From positions 202,290-266,289 of the forward strand of contig NZ_JACVPJ010000004.1 in the NCBI RefSeq assembly GCF_018881975.1: DNA of 64,000 nt, written 5' to 3'. This DNA is from Polynucleobacter sp. JS-Safj-400b-B2. Its GTDB lineage: Bacteria; Pseudomonadota; Gammaproteobacteria; Burkholderiales; Burkholderiaceae. The notes beneath the pieces are model-generated. The model was not told the DNA's origin. It saw nothing but the letters and a program-made list of their open reading frames with translations, and did no database searches. Both the position numbers and the translations under genes were made by a program. Shown piece by piece: positions 1-9,122 of this stretch. Every line of letters begins with the position of its first letter. The first letter of the stretch is position 1.

Positions 1-1
1 A

Positions 2-1612
2 GAGTTGATGCAAAACGCTTATCGCGCTAGTGCAACAAAAATTAACATCAGCGAAGAAGATGGCGTTGTCATCGTATCTGATGATGGTGGTGGAATATCT
101 AGCTTTACTGACTTGCTTACTTTGGCTCAATCTGGATGGGATGAGGATGTCATGCTAGCCAATTCACCCTACGGTATGGGTTTCTTTTCGACGCTGTTTT
201 CAGCCGACAAGGTTACAGTTCATAGCAATGGCAAGAAAATCACAGTAGATTGTAAGATTGATTTTTTAACACAAAAAATCGCAATTACATCTTCAGATGT
301 TCATATTGGAACCAGGGTTGAATTGCATGGCTGCAAGGTTGAAAACATTGAGAATGCATTGCATGTTCATTGCGCAGGCTTCCCAATTGATGTGTTTTTG
401 AATGGGTCAGAAAAACCAATGCCTAGTCCGCATCGACTTACTGATGATTTCAAGGATTTTGGAGTTGGGAAAATTAAAAGCGAATTAAGCAAATTCCGCG
501 GAAATTACGGCTACGGCTGCACCCAAGTACGATCATATATTGCCTATCTTCAGGGGTTTGTAGTTGATAGCAACTATGGATACAATTCCACGCATAGCCG
601 AAATGATGTTACGGTTATTCATCTTGACGAATCATTCAGGGCTCGGATGCCGGATCGTGATTGTCTAATTAATCCAGAAGAAGAGGAAAACCGGATTAGC
701 GGCGCATTAGTTGATTTTCGAAAAAACCAAATTTCGGAAATTAAGAAAGCGGATCCATGTGATTTGTTTAATTATTATTCTGCAATCTCTGACTTGGATT
801 TCATTGATGTATTTAATGATATCGAGGTTTTACCGAGATCATTTTTCGGAACGCTATCTCACCCAATAAAAAGCTCTGAAGCATATCAATGCTCCATTAA
901 TCCACTTTCAGACCGCGGCCCAGAGAAAAACTTCTTCACAAAAGAAGAGGTTAAGATCGGCGGTTTTTTGAGGGGCGATCCAACGGGTATTGATAATTCG
1001 GAGCATCCATATGCTATGGCATTGATGATGGCAATCAGCAGATCTGAGTCTATTATTTTGAAAAAGAAATTAGACGCAAATCACTGGGTTTACGTTAATA
1101 CCCAAATGATTCCGGACTTAAGTGATTTTGAGTACGAAGATCGCAATTCTGATATGCCACTAAAAGTGACCTATCCAGAGCCATTAAAGTCTGGTAATTG
1201 GAATGGTAATGCTGTTTTATTGGTTGATCACTATTTAATCGAAGTCCCGTCTATCGGGCTGGGGGTTAGGGTTGATTTGAAAGATGGTCTAGCTATTGGT
1301 TGCGATGAGGATGGTTTTGAATTTGTAGATCCTTCAATCATGCTGTTTCCAAAAGAATCTGATTCAGATGTTTTGGATCAATGCAATACATGGATATCAG
1401 ACGATCAATACGATGAAAGTTGGGCCTCTACTGAAAAAGGCAGCCTTAACGCCTATCTTCGAGTCCTTCGCGGTCAAAATCCCGCCTCAGTGCTATCCGA
1501 TTTGTTGGCGGATACAGATTGCATTATTCGTGAGACATTGGCTGGAAAAACTTTCATTGTTGCTTTTGGCTCGAGCGGAATTCCTAGCGTTGCGGAGGCT
1601 GGCAATGAGTAA
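2..1612 (+). CDS. GHKL (histidine kinase/HSP90/MutL-like) ATPase-domain protein with a large uncharacterised C-terminal region, 5'-truncated by the window edge
   Basis: The N-terminal translation carries the end of an N-box (QNAYRAS), a DxGxG-like motif (VSDDGGGIS) and a G2-box-like SPYGMGFFS. These are the Bergerat-fold motifs. The ORF is open to the window edge, so the true start lies upstream of position 1. Confidence 0.55.
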   Translation, partial: ELMQNAYRASATKINISEEDGVVIVSDDGGGISSFTDLLTLAQSGWDEDVMLANSPYGMGFFSTLFSADKVTVHSNGKKITVDCKIDFLTQKIAITSSDVHIGTRVELHGCKVENIENALHVHCAGFPIDVFLNGSEKPMPSPHRLTDDFKDFGVGKIKSELSKFRGNYGYGCTQVRSYIAYLQGFVVDSNYGYNSTHSRNDVTVIHLDESFRARMPDRDCLINPEEEENRISGALVDFRKNQISEIKKADPCDLFNYYSAISDLDFIDVFNDIEVLPRSFFGTLSHPIKSSEAYQCSINPLSDRGPEKNFFTKEEVKIGGFLRGDPTGIDNSEHPYAMALMMAISRSESIILKKKLDANHWVYVNTQMIPDLSDFEYEDRNSDMPLKVTYPEPLKSGNWNGNAVLLVDHYLIEVPSIGLGVRVDLKDGLAIGCDEDGFEFVDPSIMLFPKESDSDVLDQCNTWISDDQYDESWASTEKGSLNAYLRVLRGQNPASVLSDLLADTDCIIRETLAGKTFIVAFGSSGIPSVAEAGNE

Positions 1613-1853
1613 TCCGACTGAGCAATACTGGGTTAAGAAAGCTGAAAAGCAGTTCTTGGGCAAAAGGATCATTGGTACTCGTTACCTTACCGAAGAGGAA
1701 ATGAATGATCTTGGCTGGACTCAAAAATGCGTTGTATTGCATTTAGATGATGGTAATATTATTTTCCCATCAGTGGATGATGAGGGCAATGACGCTGGAG
1801 CGCTTTTTACCAATAACAAGGAATGTGATACCTTCCCAGTCATTCGTTCGTAG
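1605..1853 (+). CDS. Small hypothetical protein (82 aa) translationally coupled to the GHKL ATPase
   Basis: The ATG at 1605 overlaps the upstream stop, an ATGA-type coupling. A strong hairpin terminator follows immediately. Confidence 0.45.
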   Translation: MSNPTEQYWVKKAEKQFLGKRIIGTRYLTEEEMNDLGWTQKCVVLHLDDGNIIFPSVDDEGNDAGALFTNNKECDTFPVIRS

Positions 1854-1865
1854 CATTAAAAATAA

Positions 1866-1892
1866 TAGCCCCTCGAAAGAGGGGCTATTGTC
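1866..1892. terminator. Bidirectional rho-independent terminator (tagcccctc-gaaa-gaggggcta)
   Basis: Perfect 9 bp stem with a GAAA loop. A T-rich tract follows on the plus strand and an A/T-rich tract on the minus strand. It lies between convergent genes. Confidence 0.7.
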
Positions 1893-1894
1893 GT

Positions 1895-2128
1895 TTATGC
1901 GCAGGCTTTATTAATTTGGCCCAACTTAGCGTATGCCCACTCCAATATGCATTGTGTCAAAGCTACCGAAATTGCGCCAATAAAAATGGTAATAGCCCTA
2001 ATATAGTCTGCGCCGATAACGCTGTCCAGATAGTGGACTGCAAACTCAAAGGCGCCACCGATGATTCCTACTGTCAGAACCATAACGGCTAGGTTGGTTA
2101 ATTTGAGAATCGTTGTATTTGTTTTCAT
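1895..2128 (-). CDS. Small membrane protein (77 aa, two predicted TM helices)
   Basis: Hydrophobic composition (LAVMVLTVGIIGG and IFIGAISVAL). It sits between the terminator and the parM-like gene. Confidence 0.4.
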   Translation of the reverse strand: MKTNTTILKLTNLAVMVLTVGIIGGAFEFAVHYLDSVIGADYIRAITIFIGAISVALTQCILEWAYAKLGQINKACA

Positions 2129-2221
2129 TAATTTATAAATCCTGTTTAGATGTGTTTATCTTAAATTACTTAATCACAAAGTCAAATCGCATTTAAAACT
2201 AGCACCAAACACCCAACAAGG

Positions 2222-3271
2222 TTATATCAAATGCATTGCCAACCTCTTTCCAAACTCCAAATACCCTTTCGCATTCCCCATTACTGGCTCATCTAAAACG
2301 GTAAACTGCCCCGGAAATTGCTCGCGCATAGGTTTTTCAAAAAAGGTAGCGCCGCCGCCAGTCAAAATAACATTGTCTATGGAGATGGCTTTCCCAGAAG
2401 ATCGATCTACCTGGTGGCTATTAATCTCGGTTAACAACAGAGAAACAATACTCGATGCTTTACGCTCTGCGATGATGCGGTAGGGCGCAAAGTCGTAGCG
2501 CTTGCCCATCAGGTTGGTATACCCATTATGAAGTGCGGTATCTATTACATGCTCGTTAATCGAAATTCCAGTATCTTTGAGGAATGCTTTCCCTACCTCA
2601 TTCAAGATTGCTGAAACGCCTCCGTTAAATGCGCCTGATCGCTCCAAAACTGCTTTTGCCCCTTTACTGGTGAACCAATCAACCGTTAGGTATCCAGGGT
2701 CAATCACAAGGTGTGTTTTATCAAAAGCCTCCGAATTATTCTCCAGCTCAATGTAATGGAGCATGGAGCCCATAGGTTGAGGCAATACGGCAACCTTCTT
2801 GATGCTTGACGCGAAGCATGGTCCATAAATTGGCTTAAGACCGGCCGTGTTGGGGATTTGCAGGTTTTTGCAAAAGCGCTTAATTAACGCATCCTTCTTT
2901 TGGGAAAAATTCGATACTGGTAAGCCGAGCACTAAAAAATCAATCACATCCAATGTCATGCCCTCTGCCTTAGCGATGTAGTGCAGGGCGCCTATGACTA
3001 GAGCCTCGTAGGTATCTGATCCTGAGTAATCACCATGCAGTTCATTGCTGCCTTCGCCGGCCATATCAGGTCCAATCCAAAATAATTGCTTATTGACTAA
3101 GACTTGAACTCGGTCAAGCTGACCAATGCCAATATCGCTACCAGCAGGTTCGGTTGATCGCAGGGTTTGCGAGCTAAAAATCATTTCTTTAGCTGGGCCG
3201 CCATTAACTACCCAGGCCAGTTTAGTGTTGCCAAATCCTACGTCTATGGCGATGATGTTTTTGCTGCTCAT
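2222..3271 (-). CDS. parM: Actin-like segregation ATPase, ParM/StbA family (type II partition)
   Basis: The N-terminal IAIDVGFGNTKLAW phosphate-1 motif of the actin/ASKHA fold, a 349 aa size and co-transcription with a small DNA-binding-like protein downstream of a repeat array. Confidence 0.7.
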   Translation of the reverse strand: MSSKNIIAIDVGFGNTKLAWVVNGGPAKEMIFSSQTLRSTEPAGSDIGIGQLDRVQVLVNKQLFWIGPDMAGEGSNELHGDYSGSDTYEALVIGALHYIAKAEGMTLDVIDFLVLGLPVSNFSQKKDALIKRFCKNLQIPNTAGLKPIYGPCFASSIKKVAVLPQPMGSMLHYIELENNSEAFDKTHLVIDPGYLTVDWFTSKGAKAVLERSGAFNGGVSAILNEVGKAFLKDTGISINEHVIDTALHNGYTNLMGKRYDFAPYRIIAERKASSIVSLLLTEINSHQVDRSSGKAISIDNVILTGGGATFFEKPMREQFPGQFTVLDEPVMGNAKGYLEFGKRLAMHLI

Positions 3272-3615
3272 AAATAATCCTCTATATTAAGTTGTTGACT
3301 AAATTTTTCGTCGATAAGGTCAGATTGATTGTTCGCTGATTTTTGAGGCGGTGAAGATTCAATGCTGGGCTTATTTGCCAAGGACTTAGATTGCTGGTCT
3401 AGGGTTGATGGCTTTTGGCTTGATTTCAGATGCTTGCGGATGAAGTATTTAAGTGACTGCAAAGTGCAAATGACATTATTCATGACTAGATAGTCGTAAA
3501 TTTGCTCATGTGTGTAGCCAGACTTTATTAGCTTCTCAATCGCAGCCCCATGATCAAGCAGGGCGTATGACTTTTTCTGAGGTTTATTAGCCCCAATGAA
3601 TTCTTCGATGTCCAT
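3268..3615 (-). CDS. Small putative DNA-binding adaptor of the partition cassette (ParR-like role)
   Basis: A 115 aa protein with a low-complexity Ser/Pro/Gln-rich tail. It overlaps the parM start by 4 nt and lies directly downstream of the iteron-like repeats. The assignment is by position only. Confidence 0.4.
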   Translation of the reverse strand: MDIEEFIGANKPQKKSYALLDHGAAIEKLIKSGYTHEQIYDYLVMNNVICTLQSLKYFIRKHLKSSQKPSTLDQQSKSLANKPSIESSPPQKSANNQSDLIDEKFSQQLNIEDYL

Positions 3616-3654
3616 TATCTAGTGTTACTGCTTGTTCGTAAAAATGCCTAATTG

Positions 3655-3757
3655 CGTGTAAATAGGTGTAAATAAGTCTTAATAAGTGTTTATGTGTTTT
3701 TGTGGTACGTGAATATTTGTGATTTCGTGTAAAGGTGTGTATTTGTGAGTGAATATG
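3655..3757. promoter_or_regulatory. Iteron-like array of about ten degenerate 10-11 bp direct repeats (GTGTAAATAG-like), candidate parC centromere and promoter
   Basis: gtgtaaatag gtgtaaataag tcttaataag tgtttatgtg ... gtgaatatg repeats with roughly helical periodicity, immediately upstream of the parR-like/parM operon. Confidence 0.5.
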
Positions 3758-4257
3758 CCATGCAGTTAATTTAATAGAATGAGCGAAACCTATTTTTTCG
3801 AATAACGCAAAATTTATTGAACATTTCAATCCCAAGGCGCGAATCAAAATCACTAATATCTAGGTTCGCCTGTTGTAGTTGGGCACCGTTTTAACTCGCC
3901 GTCTTTTCGGCATCGCAGTTTGATTTATCCATATACATTGGGTCTTGTTTCATATTTAAAGCCTATTCTTAGTCGTCAACCTTTGCGTTTACTGATTTTC
4001 AAGACGGTCTTTATTGATATGCGCGAGAGATTGCGTAGGATTGGTTTGGCATAACGCTTAACCCATCAAAATTTTTTATCTATATATTCAGAAACTACTC
4101 ATAACAGAGTACGCTCACCACTTAACGAATATGCGCCTCTGGCGTCCACATTCAGAACTATCATCAAACAGAATAAATTTCTGAACGTTAAAACAGTGCT
4201 TTTAGCCTCGCACAATGCGAACCTGACTGCAATCACAAACAAAAATTATAAGAACGC

Positions 4258-4278
4258 TAACAGCCCCTAAAGGGCTGA
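4258..4278 (-). terminator. Hairpin (cagccc-ctaaa-gggctg) followed on the minus strand by a T-rich tract
   Basis: 6 bp GC stem. On the minus strand it is followed by ttagcgttcttataatttttgtttg. It could terminate a short minus-strand transcript from the 4280-4600 region. Confidence 0.35.
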
Positions 4279-4610
4279 GAATTGCCCACGGTCAAAGACC
4301 ACGCAACTCTAGCCTTCTGCCCGGTTACGCACTAGGGTCAGCAACAACAAAGGGATTATCCGTTTCCCAGAAGCCACGAGCTTCACAACGGACGCAACCG
4401 GCACGTTACGCCGGGACGTTAACACCAGTATCAAGGCGTTAACAACCTCGAAGTCTTGAGGCAACTGCATTACCGGCACGGTAGGCCGACTGTAGTTGAA
4501 CTGCATATTCTTAATCGACCGCTACCCAGTATCACCGCAATAAAGGCAGTAAAAGACTCACAAACAACCAGCCTACGGCAACAGCCAAAGGCACAACATG
4601 GGTAATCATA

Positions 4611-5675
4611 ATGATTTCGAAAAAAACAAACACCGCATTACAAGACATTACCCTCAACGAAGGCTGGAAGCGCCAGCTTCAAGACATTCTCAATAAAAAT
4701 TCCGGCACCAGAGTCAACGGCAAAGTCGCCTCAAACCGCACCCAAGATATCGCCTGCAAAACACTCTTCTCCGAGTTCAATACACTCAGGGATTTGGGTT
4801 ACCGCACTATGCCCATCAATTTCGGAAACAAACAAATGGAAGTGCTGGTAAAAAACTGGTATTACACCCGCAAGCTCTCTCCTAAAACGATGGCCACCCA
4901 TCTGACCCAGTTTAGAAAGTTTGCGGAGTGGATTGGTAAGAAGGGTATGGTCAGAGACCTTGTGCACTATCTATCCGATGTTGACCCAAAATTACTTCAA
5001 GTGCATTTTGCCGCCACCGAATCCAAAAGCTGGAGTGAGCATGATATTGACGTCATTGAGGAAATCACCAGAGGCGATGCAATGGATTTACGTTTCGGCT
5101 GCATGCTCCGTCTCGAATATGCTTTTGGATATCGTATGCAGGAATGCTTGCTCTGTGACCCATGGGTAACAGATAACATTCATTCCATTGCTATTTTACC
5201 CAGCCAAGGCAAAGGTAATCGCGCCCGCAATATCCCAATTGATAGCCCAGCTCAAAGAAAAATCATCGAATACATCAAAACCATTATCAAAAAAGGTGAA
5301 AAAGTAGGGTGGTGCGACGTTGATGGCACGCCACATGATTTAAAAGTAAACATCAACCGCTACGGCTATCTGATGCGAAAGCTAGGAATGACCAAAAAGG
5401 ATCGCGGCGTTACCGGGCACGGCTTAAGAGCCGAGTACTCTGAAGACCAAGCTCTTCGTCTTGGCTATATTCCACCAACCCTGGGCGGCACCAACGACCA
5501 AATGAGCAAGGAAGACCTCACCATTAAGCAAAAACAGGTGAGCGAACGTCTTGGGCATAGTCGATCTAGTGTGACGGCTGCTTACTACGGCTCATCTGAA
5601 CTTGCCAAAGAAAACACCAAAAGAAGGGATGAGGCTAAAAACAAAAATAAAGTCATCGATGCAGTAAGCCGCTAA
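4611..5675 (+). CDS. Tyrosine site-specific recombinase (phage-integrase family, divergent)
   Basis: Residues consistent with the R..K..H-x-x-R..Y catalytic set: GKGNRARNIPI, GHGLRAEY and RLGHSRSSVTAAYYGS with the candidate nucleophile Tyr. The size is 354 aa. Confidence 0.65.
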   Translation: MISKKTNTALQDITLNEGWKRQLQDILNKNSGTRVNGKVASNRTQDIACKTLFSEFNTLRDLGYRTMPINFGNKQMEVLVKNWYYTRKLSPKTMATHLTQFRKFAEWIGKKGMVRDLVHYLSDVDPKLLQVHFAATESKSWSEHDIDVIEEITRGDAMDLRFGCMLRLEYAFGYRMQECLLCDPWVTDNIHSIAILPSQGKGNRARNIPIDSPAQRKIIEYIKTIIKKGEKVGWCDVDGTPHDLKVNINRYGYLMRKLGMTKKDRGVTGHGLRAEYSEDQALRLGYIPPTLGGTNDQMSKEDLTIKQKQVSERLGHSRSSVTAAYYGSSELAKENTKRRDEAKNKNKVIDAVSR

Positions 5676-6033
5676 TCAAGATTTAAATAGGATAAATAAT
5701 GAAGCCAAATCATCGCTCAAAACGGTCTACCAGCACCCCACCTGATTCGAGTTGAGTACGCCAAAAACATCGTAATGCAATTAGGTCTTCTGTCCGGACG
5801 TTGGGTGTCATGACCGACCAAACGCCTAAAGAGGAAATTGATCTGATTCGCGCCCGAGTGCCCGAGACTTTGGGGAGTTCCAGGCTATCGATTGCTGGAA
5901 ATTACTGCGGCAAGATTCAAAAGCCACTGATAAATGAATAAAAAATCCACGCCTCATAAAGCCGCTTCATTTTTCCACCCGCAGCCAGCTAGAATTTGTT
6001 GGTAAAACGGGCTTGACCCCTAAAAATCAAGTA

Positions 6034-6444
6034 TCACGGTTCGCAGTAATACTTGGTGCCACAAATATCGACCTCATTAAGCTCGGCAACATAGCTATCT
6101 ACTGTAGGGTAGTTATGCCTTCCCCAATCATCAAACTGTGCATAAATCACGGGAATATGATCGGCGCGAATTAACTCTTCTGGGTACCATTCATTTATCC
6201 ATAAAATGTCACCGCCTGAATCAACGACGCAATCCAGAATTGATTGAAGCAATAAAAGCTCTTGCTGATATTTAGGTTTTCCCTCCATTTGGCCGGCACG
6301 AACAATCACATTAAGCATCCCAATAATCTCTGGAAATGGATTGCCCAGCGTTGGCGTAGGAAGGGCTCTGTGCTCCTCATATGCATAGCCATCATCTAGA
6401 AGGTGTACAAGATTGGCGTTGCCGGGGATTTGGACATTAAGCAT
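6034..6444 (-). CDS. Hypothetical protein (136 aa)
   Basis: Uninterrupted ORF co-oriented with its neighbour. No recognisable motif. Confidence 0.4.
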   Translation of the reverse strand: MLNVQIPGNANLVHLLDDGYAYEEHRALPTPTLGNPFPEIIGMLNVIVRAGQMEGKPKYQQELLLLQSILDCVVDSGGDILWINEWYPEELIRADHIPVIYAQFDDWGRHNYPTVDSYVAELNEVDICGTKYYCEP

Positions 6445-6450
6445 ATATAT

Positions 6451-6777
6451 TTAATAGACATCAATATAGCGTTGAGTTAATCTTCCGCCCAGACCCTTCC
6501 ATTCGTCCATCAAACTATTAAACAGTCTTTGCATAAAGCCATCATCAGCAGCAGCTTTCTGCCCAACATAACCATTTCCGCATTGAAATGTTTCATGGCG
6601 AAGAACGGACGTTGGGAATCGATCCTCAAAACCGCATGGATTAATATCGTCGGGCAGCGGGGTTACTCGAACCTCTCCAACTTGGTCCACCCAAAGAATG
6701 TGGTGGGCGCTTTTGTCATTGCAAGTTTCAAAGATAACTTTTAATTGGTTGATTGTTGGCGCTTGATTTAGGTTCAC
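6451..6777 (-). CDS. Hypothetical protein (108 aa)
   Basis: Uninterrupted ORF 6 nt upstream of the previous one. No recognisable motif. Confidence 0.4.
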   Translation of the reverse strand: MNLNQAPTINQLKVIFETCNDKSAHHILWVDQVGEVRVTPLPDDINPCGFEDRFPTSVLRHETFQCGNGYVGQKAAADDGFMQRLFNSLMDEWKGLGGRLTQRYIDVY

Positions 6778-6890
6778 TTAGTGGGCCTCATTAAAAAAGT
6801 CATATTACAAGAATTCAGACATCAGCTTAAATGGGTAATTGCCCCAATAAGACCCCATAAGCCTATCAAGGCTAAATTTAACGCATCCAA

Positions 6891-7283
6891 TCAAAATACA
6901 CGTTCAAAATCACCAAAAAGGCGACGCTCAATAGCTGTTAATCCCCGTCCAGTAGCAACTTGAATCCGTTTTCCGACAGATGATTTAAATGCCGCCCCCG
7001 CTGTACTTTTGAGCCAGCAATCAGCAGTATCGCCGGGGTATTCGAGTTTTAAGTGGCATGCAACTTCAACCCCGGTCCCGCACTCATTTTGCAGAGCCAG
7101 TAATAAAGACATTGCGAGAAGGTGGCGGCCGGCCGGAACATAAAAGACGCCAAACCGCCTTTCATACACAAAAGGCCTAGAAAGATCCGCCTTAGCAAGT
7201 GGCACGCAGTCAAGAAGGCCATACTCACACGCTTCATTTCGCTGGAAGGCGGAAAACAGCATCATCTCGCCCATGGGAATCAA
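6891..7283 (-). CDS. Hypothetical protein (130 aa)
   Basis: ORF with a start that overlaps the upstream gene stop by 4 nt. Confidence 0.35.
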   Translation of the reverse strand: MIPMGEMMLFSAFQRNEACEYGLLDCVPLAKADLSRPFVYERRFGVFYVPAGRHLLAMSLLLALQNECGTGVEVACHLKLEYPGDTADCWLKSTAGAAFKSSVGKRIQVATGRGLTAIERRLFGDFERVF

Positions 7284-7750
7284 GCTGCTTTCAGCTCTTT
7301 AACCTCCTCTATATCGCACTCGCTAAAAAGCATGTCGGCGCCGTGCATATCAGCTTGGCGAAGCCTAACTCCGGCTTTGCGGCGTTGATCAAACCAGCAA
7401 GCAAGCTCCTCTGCTGTAGCGAATGCTGGGCTGATTGGGGTGCCTTCAGACGTATTCTCATACATCATGAGATATGTGCGTTCATTATCACTCCAAAGAG
7501 GCATGTAATCTTTAGGGTCAGGGCGTTCACCATCCCACGAGGAGTAGGGCTTACCCCTCTGGTCTTCGGTCAAAGAAATCCAATTACCTTGAGGGTCTAG
7601 TCTAAGTCCCTCGGCCCACTTTTGAGCCCCTTCATCCCAGCGAGCGGCCCGTTCGGAGAACTCCGCTCCATCATATAGGGGCAAATAGCGCCCATCTCTA
7701 TCTTTTGGATGCTGCCAATCTTTCTTAACTCGACGCACTTCGCGACCCAT
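7280..7750 (-). CDS. Hypothetical phage/plasmid-like protein (156 aa)
   Basis: Charged, Trp-rich soluble protein. Operonic with 6891..7283. Confidence 0.4.
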   Translation of the reverse strand: MGREVRRVKKDWQHPKDRDGRYLPLYDGAEFSERAARWDEGAQKWAEGLRLDPQGNWISLTEDQRGKPYSSWDGERPDPKDYMPLWSDNERTYLMMYENTSEGTPISPAFATAEELACWFDQRRKAGVRLRQADMHGADMLFSECDIEEVKELKAA

Positions 7751-7943
7751 CTTAAAATTCCTAGAGTTAGTATATCTAGACTTCTATTTAAACAACAAAT
7801 TACGGATGCCCAAAAAGACAAGCAAGCCCCCTGAACATATAAAACAGATAAATGCAAATATGCTCATGATTGCGATGTCTTCCATAAAAAGGTGTACGGT
7901 TTCTTGCGCAGGCGAGGGCGATCGACACATGCGTGGTATGGTT

Positions 7944-8792
7944 TTATTTGCCTACATTCACAAACGGGATAGTGCCTGCCATGGTGGCGGGAAGTTTTCC
8001 GTCCCACTTCTCAATTGCTTTGAGATTTACATAATCCTTTCCACCGCCGGCATTAATGGCTTGAGACTGGATTGCAATCGCTTTGGCCTCACCTTGAGCT
8101 TTTGCAACAGCCTGCTCTGCCTCGACCTCAATACGTTTTAAATCTTGCTCAGCTTTTAAGGTTGCTTGCGTGGAAATAACTTTTTGCTCAATTGCTTTCT
8201 GATACTCTGGTGAGAATCCAAAATTAACCAATGAAATAGAGCTAATGGTGAGGCCATAAGGCAGAACCTTGGCTTGGAGTTCATCATGGATAGCGTGAGA
8301 GACCTCGTCGCGTTTCGTGATCAATTCCTCAGAGCTGTAATGGGCTGTTATAGCCTTGAAGGACTCATTGATCGCTGGCATTAATATCTTATCCTCAAGA
8401 TTTAAGCCAAATTCTTTATAAATGTGGGCCGCTTTAGTACCGTCGATCCGATAGTTCACGACAATATCTGTGTGGACAACTTGCAGGTCTTTTGTGCCGC
8501 CCTGGGAACCTTTGAGCTCGGCCTTAACAACGCGTACATCAACGTTATTAACGTCAGAAATTGGATTAACAATATGAACGCCTTCGCCCAATGTGCCCAT
8601 ATTTACTGAGCCCAAGGTTTGCTGTACGCCGATATGACCAGCTGGGACGATAGTGAATGACTCAAATGCCAAAGCAAGCAAAATCGGCGCGATAGCAAGT
8701 GGTGAGGCAGCTTTTAATGCCCCACTATTTGCGAGTCTTAAAAAGCCAAAAAATAGAATCGAAAGCAGTATTCCTAGGATAATTACAAACAT
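7944..8792 (-). CDS. SPFH/band-7 (stomatin/prohibitin/HflKC-like) membrane protein
   Basis: N-terminal TM segment, then a PAGHIGVQQTLG...VVHTDIVVNYRI SPFH core, then an Ala/Glu/Lys-rich coiled-coil (AEQAVAKAQGEAKAIAIQSQA). Confidence 0.75.
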   Translation of the reverse strand: MFVIILGILLSILFFGFLRLANSGALKAASPLAIAPILLALAFESFTIVPAGHIGVQQTLGSVNMGTLGEGVHIVNPISDVNNVDVRVVKAELKGSQGGTKDLQVVHTDIVVNYRIDGTKAAHIYKEFGLNLEDKILMPAINESFKAITAHYSSEELITKRDEVSHAIHDELQAKVLPYGLTISSISLVNFGFSPEYQKAIEQKVISTQATLKAEQDLKRIEVEAEQAVAKAQGEAKAIAIQSQAINAGGGKDYVNLKAIEKWDGKLPATMAGTIPFVNVGK

Positions 8793-9122
8793 AAGTTGTC
8801 CTTAAAAAATTGGTAAGCTGTTATGGGGCAAAAGTTTCAGAAATTAAAGTTAATCTACTATTGAGGTAAGTCAAGATTCAATCATCCTCTTGATGAATTT
8901 TTCTTTATTTACAATGGTTTTGCCGCTTACGAAAATAATATTGATTATATTTTCTGGTGAATTTTGGAGTTCCATCAAAATTCATTAAGGATTTGATCTG
9001 CGCATTTACGCCTCAACGCGTAAATAAGCATTAAAGCAATGGCTACTGATTCATCGCAGATATATCGCGAAAATATGTAGATTTAAGGGCTGCAATTCTC
9101 GTCATCCAGGGCAAGATATGGC

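Noticed and set aside
3655-3757. A possible CRISPR array, suggested by short direct repeats
   Set aside because: The repeats are only 10-11 bp, degenerate and contiguous, with no spacers, and no cas genes are nearby. They fit centromere or iteron-type protein-binding repeats instead.
4309-5179. Short ORFs at 4309..4506, 4731..4967, 4921..5169 and 4997..5179, overlapping or antisense to the recombinase gene and its upstream region
   Set aside because: They are embedded in or antisense to a well-supported 354 aa CDS, or lie in a structured non-coding region. No motifs, no RBS and no conservation signal are visible, so they are treated as frame artefacts.
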